Shown here: one piece after another, positions 40,428 through 53,820 of the stretch
How positions within the stretch are numbered: the first letter of the stretch is position 1
Layout of the letters: each line of letters starts with the position of its first letter
DNA from: Eledone cirrhosa
Lineage: Eukaryota
Length of the DNA: 64,000 bases
Assembly (NCBI GenBank): GCA_964016885.1
Contig: OZ024743.1
Span: forward strand, 744,001 to 808,000
Direction of reading: 5' to 3'
Position numbers and translations under genes: made by a program
Notes under the pieces: model-generated
What the model saw: only the letters and a program-made list of their open reading frames with translations
Databases searched by the model: none
Told to the model about the DNA's origin: nothing

Positions 40428-40461
40428 GTATGTATATCGATGTATATTTTATATTTTACTT

Positions 40462-40520
<59 letters not shown>

Positions 40521-41115
40521 CTTGATATATTTCTTTTTTCTTTTTCTTTTCTTTTTATTTCTAAATTTATAGATACATTTATAAATAGGCAGTCTGCTGA
40601 CACCGGTGAATACTGACCTCTTCTCCCCCCCCCCTACTTTCTGTATCTGGATCTAAATATGTGTGGCAGTGTTTATGTGCGCGCATTAATGTCCATATGC
40701 TTATGATAATAGTATATACACATATATATGTGTGTGGGTGTGTGTGTGTATGTATGTTCGTTCGTGGTTGTGTGTATGTTTATGCGTATACGCGCGTGTG
40801 TGTGTGAATGTACGTATATGTGTGAGTATATGTATGTGTGTATATATTTATTTTTATATTTATATGTGTATACGTATTTTATCTGTAGATTATAAACATA
40901 CAGAGACATTAGCCTTGAATTTTTGTATTTACATACATCTTTTTGGCATGCGTATGCATGTGAACATATATCTTTATGCATATCTGTGAACGAAGTTACT
41001 TACATATATACACACACCTAACTGTATAAACTTTTTGTATTTTCATTGGTCAATTTGAACTCTGTTCCCAAACAGACCTGTAATTTTGAATTGTTGTTAT
41101 TATCAATAAATATAT

Positions 41116-41269
41116 TTCATTATTTCTGAAGACGGCATATATATGTGTTGGTATGTATATTTAATTTTGATAGTTTGTATAATTTTGTATAATTTTGTAC
41201 ATAGATCTGTTGAATATGCATGCCAATTCTAACACATATATATCCTAGAAACGATCGTTAAATAATGAA
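41116..41269 (+). ncRNA. Type I hammerhead with ~115-nt stem II (mirror copy - 35639-35792)
   Basis: ttcattattt-CTGAAGA-[atatatatgtgtt/aacacatatatat; ggtatgtatatttaa/ttgaatatgcatgcc]-GAAA-cgatcg-TT-aaataatgaa. Confidence 0.8.
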
Positions 41270-42029
41270 CTGTTTTTGTTTAATATAAGGAACTGTTTCA
41301 TTGTTTTATTCATTATTTTTTTAATATTTTATATATATATATATATATATATTATGAATAATTTGTTTATAAATAATACTCAATATGAAAGGGTGTTGCC
41401 TAGAAAAAATAATAAAGAATACGAAAGGTAGGATTATATTACATATAATATGAAACGGTCTGTCTCATAATTCGATGTCAGTTTTTACGTAAATTTTGAT
41501 TTATTATTTGATATCGTTTCATATAAAAAAGAAGAAGACTCTCATGTTACACCCGCTTCATAGCTTAAACTTTTGTTTCGTAACTAATCTTCCATTACAA
41601 ATTCACAGTTTATATATAGGGGTGAGGTTCAATGGTTGGCTTAACTGTAAATAAGGGTGGTTTTCAAAACATATAAGTGGTCTATCTCATGCTTGAAATG
41701 TATGGAAATTGTCTTAGGTCAAGTACGGGCGTTTATTTTATACCAGGATTGGATTCTATTATGTATATATGTATATATGTATATATGTATGTATGTATGT
41801 TCTTCTGGTTTTATAATTTCACAAATTTTAACCAATAGAGAGGGAGTTGGTTTCTAACATAGACACAAGACTCTCTCATTGAAATTTACACATCAACTAA
41901 GTAGATATGTATGCATGTCTGCATGCATGTGTAGATATGGATGTTATTGTATGTGTGGATGTGTATGTTTTGAGTTGTATGTGTGCATGTGTATATGCTT
42001 TGTATATGTACATGTTTATATGCAGTTAT

Positions 42030-43050
42030 TAGATGCAAAATGTTTGGAATGTTTTACATATTTTTACTGTAGAACAACGGTAGATATGACTGAAGTAATA
42101 TTATATTTAATATATATATATTTATTGAACATGAATCCCAATACTAGCACGTTTAATAACATAGACGTATAGTCAAGCCATTTATTTTTAGGATTTCAGA
42201 GAAGAGCATTCATTTTTCTAAGTTTAATTTTCATGAATGCACATTTGATCTTACCAAATTACATTCCAATATCTGAAGAAAATTGGATAATGATGTCCAA
42301 TTTTTTATATGGTTGATATTTCACCCATACAATGTCAGATTATCGACAAAAAAGGATGGGAAGATAGTTTTGGGTCTGTTTCTATAGCCACTGTGTTAGT
42401 GGATGAAATGAGAGGACTTGAAGCAGCACTGACAAGCTATCACTCTGACAGATGCTGTTTTTCTAGTGAATGTTATCAAACTCAATTTGCATCTTATCAA
42501 CCCTGAGAAACAACGTGATGTACGAAATTTTTGTAAGGATTTCGATTGTAGATATTAATGGTTGTTGGAATTTGGTTACCTCTAATGTGCTATGCTACAC
42601 TATCAAAAGCCTTTTGGTAGTTCAGCCACTCTACAGTCAAGTTCCTCTGATTCTTTACTGGCTTTGCCTGGGCCATTTAGTTAATTAGTAACATCTCTAT
42701 ATAGTCCAACACTTCCTCCTTCACCCCAGCTTGATTGGGTGTTATATTGTGGTTCGTGTTACAAAAATAGATTGAGGCACCGAATGTATAATATGTACAT
42801 GAGGTTCTGGCATGCTATTGGACGGTAATTGGTATGGCTATTTGGGGAATGAGAAGAGTAGTGACAGTTTATAACCACTGGGGTAGTTCATGTGTGCCCT
42901 TGATACTTTCTCCATACAACCGTTTGAGATCTCGCAGATAAAAGGTGAATTATTCATATAGTAACATGTTATGGTGTTATGTTAAACTTAAACATTGATC
43001 TCCCATTCTTAATATAAACACTCCTTGGTGTTGGCGGCTTTTCCATTTAT
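42030..43050 (-). mobile_element. R4/Dong-like reverse transcriptase fragment, heavily decayed
   Basis: NYRPIACQNLMY..NQAGVK..MLLIN..WLNYQKAFDSVAH..FVDNLTLY..FSSDIGM*FGKIKCAF. Confidence 0.75.
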
Positions 43051-43104
43051 AATCAACAACGTGTATATATATATATATATGTGTGTGTGTGTATGTGCGT
43101 GTGT

Positions 43105-43312
43105 GATTGACTCAGGACCCCGACCACTGAGCTCTTGCCGTTTCAACAGCTAATTCTAGACTGAATTAGTTGAACTAGCTGGAACTAACTGTTGTAACGG
43201 CAAAAGCTCAGCCGTCGGCGTCCTGACTCAATCATACAATCATACTCTACAAGACCAAGTATCGAGTACTCTGGTGAGTAATGGTCTAATGAGTTTCTTA
43301 CTGAATCCATCT
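43105..43312. mobile_element. Diverged hairpin remnant of a related PLE terminus
   Basis: gattgactcaggaccccgac.../...gtcggcgtcctgactcaatc plus gagtactctggtg tail; hammerhead part resembles 61586-61667. Confidence 0.7.
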
Positions 43313-43323
43313 TTATTTATTTT

Positions 43324-43723
<400 letters not shown>

Positions 43724-43944
43724 AAGTCTGTTTTGAAACAGCGAGCGAAGATTGAAATTTAGTAGAAATAGTGGCTTTCGCCGTATTTTTTACTAAAGTT
43801 TTAGCCTGATAATGGGATTTTAAAACCCCCCTCAAATAGAAAAGGGTGAGTATTGGCGGGTTTTAAAATCCCTGTATCAGGCTAAAATTTAATTTGTCGA
43901 AAATACTGAGAAAGCTCAGTTTCTACTCTTATTTCTCATTCTTT

Positions 43945-43978
43945 CTTCTGATGAAGGACTAGCGTCCTAAACGTTAAG
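43945..43978 (+). ncRNA. Minimal hammerhead-like motif with GAAA changed to TAAA (relatives - 35188-35221, - 25857-25890)
   Basis: ctt-CTGATGA-aggac tagc gtcc-TAAA-cg-TT-aag; the 25.9-kb copy retains GAAA. Confidence 0.55.
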
Positions 43979-44077
43979 TCCCTCTTCCTGCTATAACAAG
44001 CGTTAAACTAATATATCCCTTCCATATACTGTACCGATTGTGTTGTTATTTCTGTTTACCTTTTACACACACACAAC

Positions 44078-44151
<74 letters not shown>

Positions 44152-44169
44152 TATAATATATAATATAAT

Positions 44170-44283
44170 ATAATTGTTTCTACTTTTGGCACAAGGCCAG
44201 CAAATACCCAGTGAATTACTGGTACTTTATTTTATCGACCTCGTAAGGATGAAAGGCAACGTTAACCTCGGCGGGATTTGAAC
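44170..44283 (-). mobile_element. SINE fragment
   Basis: Reverse complement of the SINE 3' half. Confidence 0.88.
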
Positions 44284-45013
44284 ATAATATAATACAATAA
44301 AGAGAGACAAATACAGATATATACATATATGCGTTCAAATCACAAGGGACCTAAACCGCTAGAGTGAAGAGCATACTAACTAAGAACAATACAGTTTGTT
44401 AGACTCAATTAAAAGGATAGGTTAAGAATTACAAACCGAATCATGATAACTATGAACATCCTAACAGCCTTTGGTATAACTGTTTTGTAACAAAGTGGAG
44501 AGAGTTACAAATCCGATTGCTCTTCATTGGATGTACAGATTAGTAATCCCTTCACTCCTAAATATCTCTGAAGACTAAATGATGCGCGTGTTTTAAGAGA
44601 AAAAAAAAACGCGCATTATATTCCGTGCCTAGCGGGTCTTGTAAAACGTAGGTTACTAAAAATAGCAACCAGATTCACTCGATATGTAAAAGCTCGACAA
44701 AATTCTAGGAGCTGAGTTTATCAAAAGTATATATTGAGTTAAAAACTCACAATAGTCCGTTATAATTAAAATATCTCAAGGAAAAAAAGAATTTCCGAGC
44801 CTTATAATATAATATAATAAAGAGAGACAAACACGGTTTAAGTCCCTTGTAATGTGAACGCATATATGTATATATCTCTTTATTATATTATATTATATTA
44901 TAAGGCTCGGAAATTTTTTTTTTCCTTGAAATATTTTAATTATAAGGGACTATTTTCAGTTTTTAACTCACAATATATACTTTTGAAATGCACACACACA
45001 CACACACACACAC

Positions 45014-45062
<49 letters not shown>

Positions 45063-46269
45063 GAAGAATAACCTAGTATTCTAGAATCATACATCATTTT
45101 ATTAGTTACGTTATTGCTGTTATAAGCATTCCAATGATATCAATTATGCAATTGATACAAGCTCATTAGACGACAGTTATATACCGTTATGTTGCGACAA
45201 GACCCGGGAAAGTATTTTTGATGTTGTCACTTTGAATCTTAGTAGAAACTCCCTATCTAGCACCACTTGGGGCGTGTTCACTTCAATCATTGGTTGAATT
45301 TAGCGCCATTTTGATCGGTTCTTATCACTCCAACCGCCCCGTTAATGATTAGAGTGTTATTTGTCGCTGTATGTGTATTTCAACTTTATTAATAGACGTC
45401 TGTGAGATGGTGTGTGTTGTTTTATTAGCAGCAAGTCTCTCTCTCTCTCACTCTCTCTCTCTCTCTCTCGCTCTCTCTCTCGCGCTCTCTCTCTCCATCG
45501 CTCTCTCTCTCTCTCTCACTCTCTCTCCATCACTCTATCTCTCTTCGCTCTCGCTCTCCCTATATATATATATGTGTGTGTATTTTGTATCTTTGTGTGT
45601 GTGTGCATGTACATTAGCAGTACCACTAACATAGTATGATTGATAATAGGAGAGTATGTGAAAGAATATACGATATATTTATGTACAATAAACATACGAG
45701 TGTCTAGCTAGGAATGTTTTAATGTTGATCATATGACAGCTATCCCAGTAACCGGTTAGAATACCAGTCAGCTGTTTATTTCATCATTGGACATTTACTC
45801 AGTAATGAAACTAAAATAGGCTAAAGTCAAGGTCGAATGAGAATAAATTAATAGTCATGTAATGGGTCGATACCATCGACTTTGCCACCCACTCAAACCT
45901 GCTGACCTTGTCCCTAAATTAGGAAAAAAATTACTTTTCTTATAATGCCATCAACCATTACCAGGCTTGGCACAGTTTTCAGATATGCACACACTCTCTA
46001 ACACATATACACACACATGTCTGTAAATTTATATACATCTTTAAATACAACATTCATATATATATAAACAAGAGGTATAAGTAAACATTTCATTATTTAC
46101 TTCTTTCATTACCATTATATATATTTCAGTGATAACCACAATTCAGCAGCTATGAACTCTTCAGACAGTTAGAAGCAACACAGAAAATATAAAAAAATAT
46201 AAAGTTTTTCTTAGAGAAAAAATATCAGAGAAAAGTAAAGTTTTTAACGGTTATTTGAGTGAGATAGAG

Positions 46270-46356
<87 letters not shown>

Positions 46357-46487
46357 AACATCTCTTGTATGCTGATTCGAACATAATATTTCAAAATTAA
46401 GTAAGCATGATGCACGACAGATTTCTTGCCAAGCAGATATTTTCCTCCCTGTTATATTTCCTGCTATTAGTGTCAACATTATTTATA

Positions 46488-46825
46488 ATTGGCAGTATCG
46501 GCAGAGGGTCGGACGCCATGCTTTGACGCATAGTTACGGTCCTTGCCATTCTGAGTTCAAATCCCGCCGAGGTTAACTTTACCTTTCATCCTTACGGGGT
46601 CGATAAAATAAAGTACCAGTAATGCACTGGGTAATTGCTGGCCTGGTGCCAAAAGTAGAAACAATTATTTATACACTCGTTAAAGTGGTGGATTATGCCA
46701 TTTAGTTACGACTTTCTATGTTCTAAGATCAAATCCTGCTGAGGTCAACTTAGCATAACTTTTTATAATCGACGTTCTCTGGCCCTCAAATTGCTGGCCT
46801 TGTGCTTAATTTAGAAACAATTATG
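46488..46825 (+). mobile_element. Two tandem SINE copies (46488-46670 young, ~46690-46825 decayed)
   Basis: SINE core twice. Confidence 0.85.
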
Positions 46826-47276
46826 TATAGACTTATCTACCCATTCATATTCTTGTTCTTCTTTGCATTAATGTTTCAGTTTGTTTGTTGTTTATTTGTG
46901 AATGACAGCTCACATGTTATCAGTTTCCAGCAAGGGGAAATTTGACTTAACATTTGTCTGTTTCATATTATTTTATAATCTATTTAATTATATTTTTGTC
47001 GGATATGACAGCTGACACCTCTCCATTACAATATCTGACATAACTACTCTTATGTGTAAAACACAAAAAAGTTAAGGTATAATTGTGACCTTTTGGATCA
47101 TTTGCAAATAAATTGAAGCACGAATGTAACACAATCAAATCTAATAAACTAGGTTTTCGTGAGGCCAGAGTGATTATAATATTAATAATGATTTCTGATT
47201 TAGGCAGAAGACCAACAATTTTGGAGGAGGAGAAATTCGGTTAAATTGACTCCAGTGTGTTACAGGTGATTTATTT

Positions 47277-48645
47277 CATCTCTATGTTAAGCCTCCCCAG
47301 TAAAGTCTATACTAAGTGTCTCGCAAAAAGATGCAGGGAGAAAACCGTGTCCAAGTTTTCGGATGATCAGTGCAGTTTTCGCCTCGGAAGTAGCAGAGCG
47401 GAACAAATATTCACTCAGCGGAAGGTCTTCAAGAAATCGTGGAAGTATTGTCTAGAGAGAGATATATACTTGTTTACTAGATCTTGAAAAGGTGTATGAC
47501 TGTATTCCTTGGGACCTGCTGTGGAAGGTTCTGTAGCAGTATGAGATCGATGGTCATCTTCTTGCTCTCCTCATGTCTCTATACGAATACCCGAGTATTT
47601 GTGTTCGGATAATTGGTGCTAAATCGAAACTATTTAAAGTGGGCGTCGGACCCCAATGACGGTACGTACTGTCACTTCCTCTGTTCATTATTTACATGAA
47701 CAAAGAGGGTAGTGGATTGGCAGTATCGGTAGAGGGTCGAACGCAATGCTTTCCAGCATAGTTACGTCCCTTTACGATCTGAGTTCAAATCCCGCCGAGG
47801 TTGACTTTGCCTTTCATCCTTACGGGGTCGATAAAATAAAGTACCAGTAATGCACTGGATAATTGCTGGCCTTGTGCCTAAAGTAGAAACAATTATTTAC
47901 ATGAACAAAGGGCAGCGGATTGGCAGTGTCGGCAGCATGAAGTTACGGACCTTTATGATCTGAGTTCAAATCCTGCCAATGTTAACTTTACCTTTCATCT
48001 TTACGGGGTAGATAAAATAAAGTACCAGTCACGCACTGGGGTCGATTTAATCGATTTTCCCCTCCCCCTAAATTGTTGGCCTTGTTCCTATATTGGCAGT
48101 ATCGGTAGAGGGTCGGACGCCATGCTTTCCAGCATGGTTACGTCCCCTTACGATCTGAGTTCAAATCCCGTCGGGATCGATAAAATAAAGTACCAGTAAT
48201 ACACTGGGATAATTGCAGGCTTTGTGCCAAAAGTAGAAACAATTATTTACATGAACAGGATTGACAAGCGCAGCCGAGTGGGATTTGCAGACAACATGGT
48301 ATTACTTAACTCGACAGAAGGTGATCTCCAACTTGCACTCGATAGGCTTGAATCCGAGTGCTGCATAGCTGAAATGAAATTCAGTTCAGTGCTGCGAAAA
48401 CTGTTACACTTGTCCTCTCAAGGAAGCCTGCGCAGTCCAATTTAAATGTGAATGGAGTTCTATTGAAGCAGGTAGAGAACGACAGGTATCTCGGGGCTGT
48501 GTTCGCGAGTGATAGTAAGCAGGAGCCTGAATTAAGTGCAGGAATTGCGTGAGCTGGTGCAGTAAGGCACCAGCTTCAGCATTCATTATTCAGAAGAGTC
48601 TTCAATTCATTATTCAGAAGAGTCTTCATACCAACCCTTACCTAT
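47277..48645 (+). mobile_element. RTE-clade LINE RT fragment interrupted by a SINE cluster
   Basis: ISMLSLPSKVY..DQCSFR..EQIF..DLEKVYDCIP..LFIIYMN [SINEs] RID..FADNMVLL..DLQLALDRL. Confidence 0.85.
47706..48247 (+). mobile_element. Three tandem SINE copies (~47706-47897, 47910-48090, 48093-48247)
   Basis: SINE core three times; attatttacatgaaca occurs three times around them. Confidence 0.9.
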
Positions 48646-48647
48646 GG

Positions 48648-48713
<66 letters not shown>

Positions 48714-48771
48714 TTGTGTATAATGGTAGCTATGGTGCTTTCATAGGCGGTATGCCAAAATTATATAATAG

Positions 48772-48809
<38 letters not shown>

Positions 48810-49097
48810 CTATTACCGAGAACAATGTCTAAGCGTCCAGCGAGAAAAGTGTTTTGTTACAGAGCTATATTTATCATTTACGCAAATTTAAAATTGAATC
48901 TGCGTGACATAATGTGGCAAGCTTCACACTTCACATTTAAATTCCAGTTACAGTCACTCGACGCAGTTTGGGTCAAACTCTGGTTATGGCAAAAACCAAA
49001 TACACAACGGGTATTTCAGTGGGACTGAACATGAGGCGTTAAGTTTACTAAGGAAACTTCATAACCGTATATGCATATAATGTATATATGCATGTAT

Positions 49098-49560
49098 GTC
49101 AGGTCGCTCTCGAGTGCTACTGGTAACATGTAACCCAGTACCACCTGTCTCATGGTCGGGTCGCCGGCGACTAAACCGGCAACCCCACCAAGCTTGCTTG
49201 GTGAGGAGGGTGATATTTCGACACCCTGCGGGATGAAATACAAAACTCGGCAAAGGGGGGAAGGACTCAACAAAGTCAACGGCCATCCAAATAGTACTTT
49301 TTTTATTTTCTTTTTCCACCTGTCAGTGAAGGGCCCCCAGTTGTTGTCACAACACCTTTTATGAGAGGGAAACTCTGAAAAAAAAAACCTGCGGCTTCGG
49401 AAGCATCCGATGATGTCGACAAGTTTTCCTTTTCGGGTATCGTTTTCGATGCTCAGAGAGTGGGATTTGTCGAGTGCAAGGTCTTTCCCCATTTAAAAAA
49501 CCTTCAAGACACAGGCATTGCTTGTTCAGGATCTGTTACAAGCGATTGCAATACTCTTAG
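49098..49560 (+). mobile_element. Diverged relative of 50800-51410
   Basis: Shared gtcaggtc..tgctactggtaacatgta.cccagtac.acctgtctcatg..caccaag..cttggtgaggagggtga. Confidence 0.7.
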
Positions 49561-50332
49561 CAGAGTCTGCAACCATCATGTATGTATGTATGTATGTATG
49601 TATGTATGTATGTGTGTATGTGTGTATGTATGTATGTATGTATGTATGTATGTATGTATGTATGTATGTATGTATGTATGTGTATGTGTGTATGTATGTA
49701 TACATCTACGCACGCATATTTGCGTACAAAGACATGTTTGTTAATTACATCGCGTATTTTATACACTTTTCTATGAATGCGGTAAAGTTGGGAAAGTACT
49801 TCAAAGTATTTCGCCTCTCACAGCATATATTCTCACATCAAGAAATAGGCGAAACCTCTAGTAAACACTTAAACTATGCTACTTTCAGTGAGAATAACAT
49901 CCAATACTTGAAAACTGCCCTGAGAAACCCGCGCACGATCCACAGATTTACACGAACAAATACACGCACACAAACACACATTTTATAATATATACATATT
50001 TACATATGTATATATTATATTATGTCATTGAGAGAATTCAAACCTATATAAAAGTTAATACCTTATATAAACGAGTTAATAACCTTAAAACTGAGAATTT
50101 ACATCATCATTACTCCGTATTTTGCACACAGACTTTACGTTATGAACATGGCGGTGGAAATAGGGAATTAAATAAAACGTTATCTTTTCAACCTTTCGGA
50201 CACTCATTTGCATACTCACTCATAACTTTATATTACCCTCAATAAAGTATTATCTCCACTATCCAGGAAGCTCCAACCGTTAAGGTTGTCTTTTTTCCGG
50301 GTATGTCAATATTTATTTATAAAACAAATCTG

Positions 50333-50398
50333 TATTTTATCTGATGAAAGCGGACCATAATTTGCCTTAGTTGCCCTTGAAATATGTATAACAAAATA
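50333..50398 (+). ncRNA. Type I hammerhead, partly decayed
   Basis: tattttat-CTGATGA-aagcggac..gttgccctt-GAAA-tatgta-TA-acaaaata, just upstream of (TA)n. Confidence 0.6.
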
Positions 50399-50436
50399 AA
50401 TTTGGTATTATAAATATAGTTTTCATTTATTAATAT

Positions 50437-50549
<113 letters not shown>

Positions 50550-50604
50550 GTATGTACATATATCTATATATATATATATCTATGTATATATATATATATA
50601 TACA

Positions 50605-50637
<33 letters not shown>

Positions 50638-50740
50638 GTGTATGTATATATATATATATATATATGTGTATATATATATATGTATGTACATATATCTATA
50701 TATCTATATCTATGTATATATATATATATATACATATACA

Positions 50741-50793
<53 letters not shown>

Positions 50794-50799
50794 ATATAT

Positions 50800-51408
50800 G
50801 TCAGGTCACCAGTTGGTGCTACTGGTAACATGTATCCCAGTACAACCTGTCTCATGATCGGGTCGTTGGCGACTAAACTGGTAACCCCACCAAGGTTTCT
50901 TGGTGAGGAGGGTGACTTTGGACATCCTGCAGGACTAAAAACAAAACCTGTCAAAGGGTAAAGGAGCTCGCAAGAGTCAATGGCCATCCAAAATCACCGG
51001 GAGAGATGACCCCTTAGCCTTTGTCAAGGCAGAATTCTAGGAGAAGGAAAACTCTGATATAACACCTGCAACCCTGTTGGTATCCAATGATGTTGACTTG
51101 TTCTTCTTTTTGGTAAATATCATCTTGGTTAAGAGAGTGGGACTGGGTTTGTGCAGTGCCTTTGCTCACTATAAAAGCTTCACGGCACAGGCATTGCTTT
51201 ATATCTGGAGATCTCTCTGCACTTGTCATCACATGGCACCATGGGCCCAGCACTATGTGTCCATAATTGTCACAAGTGTAGTGTTTGTACCAGAGTTTTC
51301 AAGTCGCTGGCTGGACTAAAAAGTCACACTCGTTCAGCGCATAGGTAGGAGTTCTCCTACATGGATATAAAGTAGTGGCCGTACTCGAAAACGAGTTGGC
51401 AGCCACCA

Positions 51409-51410
<2 letters not shown>
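50800..51410 (+). mobile_element. ~610-bp non-coding element in (TA)n, possibly a non-autonomous RTE derivative
   Basis: 5' half shared with 49098-49560, 3' end shared with 1-128; no ORF; family assignment is inference. Confidence 0.6.
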
Positions 51411-51445
<35 letters not shown>

Positions 51446-51740
51446 TAAGAGGAATTCCAACTTTGTCTGATTTACTCGTTTTATTTACAATCCTTTAAAA
51501 TATATATAATGGTATTATAATGAAATAGTATGATAGAATATTAAATTCTAAGTGTTAATTGAACAAGTACTTTCATGCTTTCGCAATCTTCAGGTTCATG
51601 ATATGTGGTGACAGTCGAGTTTGCAATTTTCAACTGTAATGAGATGGGTATATATATATATGTGTAGGTATATGTATGTATGTATGTATGTATATATATA
51701 TATATATATATATGTGTATATATATATATATATATATGTG

Positions 51741-51771
<31 letters not shown>

Positions 51772-51772
51772 G

Positions 51773-51804
<32 letters not shown>

Positions 51805-51819
51805 TACATATATATATAC

Positions 51820-51887
<68 letters not shown>

Positions 51888-52042
51888 ATATATATGTATA
51901 TATATATATATATATAGGTATATGTATGTATGTATGTATGTATGTATATACATATAGGAGATGAATAAATTGGGTATAATACCAGTTTATTACCAAATGC
52001 GAAGAAGCTTGATATATTAACCCCTTATGAAAGATACAGAAC

Positions 52043-52085
<43 letters not shown>

Positions 52086-52639
52086 GGAACATCAATTATA
52101 ATTGAGTGGCTGCTATTTGCAGTATAGCAATATAAGGTTGCACTTACCAATGAAACGGTCGTAAATACTTAGATAAAATCCTTCTCTTAATGCTTACCTG
52201 TGTTTTCTCTTTTATATATATATATATAGAGGCATTAGAACTGGAGGGAAGAGCAGTGCCCCCGCTAATAATTATATTTTTCACCCCAAACTACCAAAAC
52301 ACACATCAATTTGGGTATGCGTTACAATTTATGTACATGTTAAATATTTCGCATATCGAAGTTTTCTGACCATAGCGTGACTAATCACTACTATTATATT
52401 GACCAAATTTGCCACGCCTCCCAATTCAGAGGTGCTTCCACCGCCCCTGAGGAATAATGGTTTTATGATAAAACAATCTGGAATGCTGCTCTAGCTCACT
52501 GCACTCTGTCAGCTAGGTTATGCCTTAGGTTGAAAGACAGCACACTCATGTAGCAGGAAATCAGCTTTTGGGAGAAACTGAATGCTCATCTTCGAGACCG
52601 ACGGTGGTTCTGCTTCATTCTGTTGGTGCTTTTCTGTTC

Positions 52640-53820
52640 ATTATATTTTTTACTAAAATGTTTCTATACGCGGGGACCCCTCAGATCTTATAGCCTTTTT
52701 ATGTAATTCCATATAAAGATATCGTTTATCATCTTGAAACATAACATATTTTGTTTGACTTCTTTGATTAGTTTTCCAATTTGTTTTTTTTTATATTTAA
52801 GCTTCCACATTTAAATATTTTTTTGGTGATTTTAAAATCGTTTTGATATTGAATATAAATCTATATTATTTGGCTATTTGTGTAGTTACGTTTTTAGTGT
52901 CTGTGTTAGTGTCTGTTATAGTGTCACGTATTCAAGCTATAACTTCTTATTTTCTCTATTTATCTCCTCTTAAATCTTTCGTTTCCAAAGAAGACCTGTT
53001 TGGGATTTTTTTGTTTTCTGTCATTTTTCGACTGCTTATCTGGTTACAGTATTTGCTTTAAGGTCGTTACATCAATTTAATTTATTTGATCTGAAAACAT
53101 TCTCTTTTGTTGTATATGTTGGTAGTTTGTAGGTTGTCATCAATTCGTATAAGTTCTCTTTTATCATATTTTCTAGGTCACTGAATCTATTCAATTGCGT
53201 TAGAACTAAAAGATCTTTCCTATTACTTAGCAAAGTTACGTTTTAAATTGTCTGTTCTTAAAAAGTTTGAAAGATACCTCACCCAGATTTGTGCTGCTCT
53301 AGTCCTAGTTGGTATTATCTTCTATTCTAGTGCGGAATGCACTGTATTGATTTGGCTTAGTATTTGTCTATTTGTATTCTCAGATTCGGGAGAGCGTCGG
53401 ATGCCATGCTTTGCAGCATAGAGTTTCGGTCCTTTACGTTCTGAGTTTAATTTCCGCCGAGGTTAACTTTGCCTATCATCCTTACGGGGTCAATAAAATA
53501 AAGTACCAGTAATGCACTGGAGTCAATTTAATCGACTTTCTCCTCCCCCAAATTGTTGGCCTAGTACCTAAATCAGAAACCATTATTTTAAATGTCTTTT
53601 CGGAAAGAAAGCTTTTGTAATCTCAGAATATTAGACTTTGGTTCGTATCTGTTTCATTTGTTTGTTTGTATGTTGTTAGTGCAACTTGGACAAATATGGT
53701 GAGATTCTCCATTGGCATATGGTTAAGTAGCATTGGTTAGGTAGAACTGGTTAAATAACATCACCGAATTGTTTCTGCGTTTATCTTCTGATTCTAAACA
53801 ATTTGGCATGTCCATTGCCA
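52640..53820 (-). mobile_element. Very decayed LINE-like fragment (possibly R4/Dong) split by a SINE at 53390-53587 (+)
   Basis: A-rich coding-like minus strand with many stops; the SINE core is clear, the LINE assignment weak. Confidence 0.35.
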
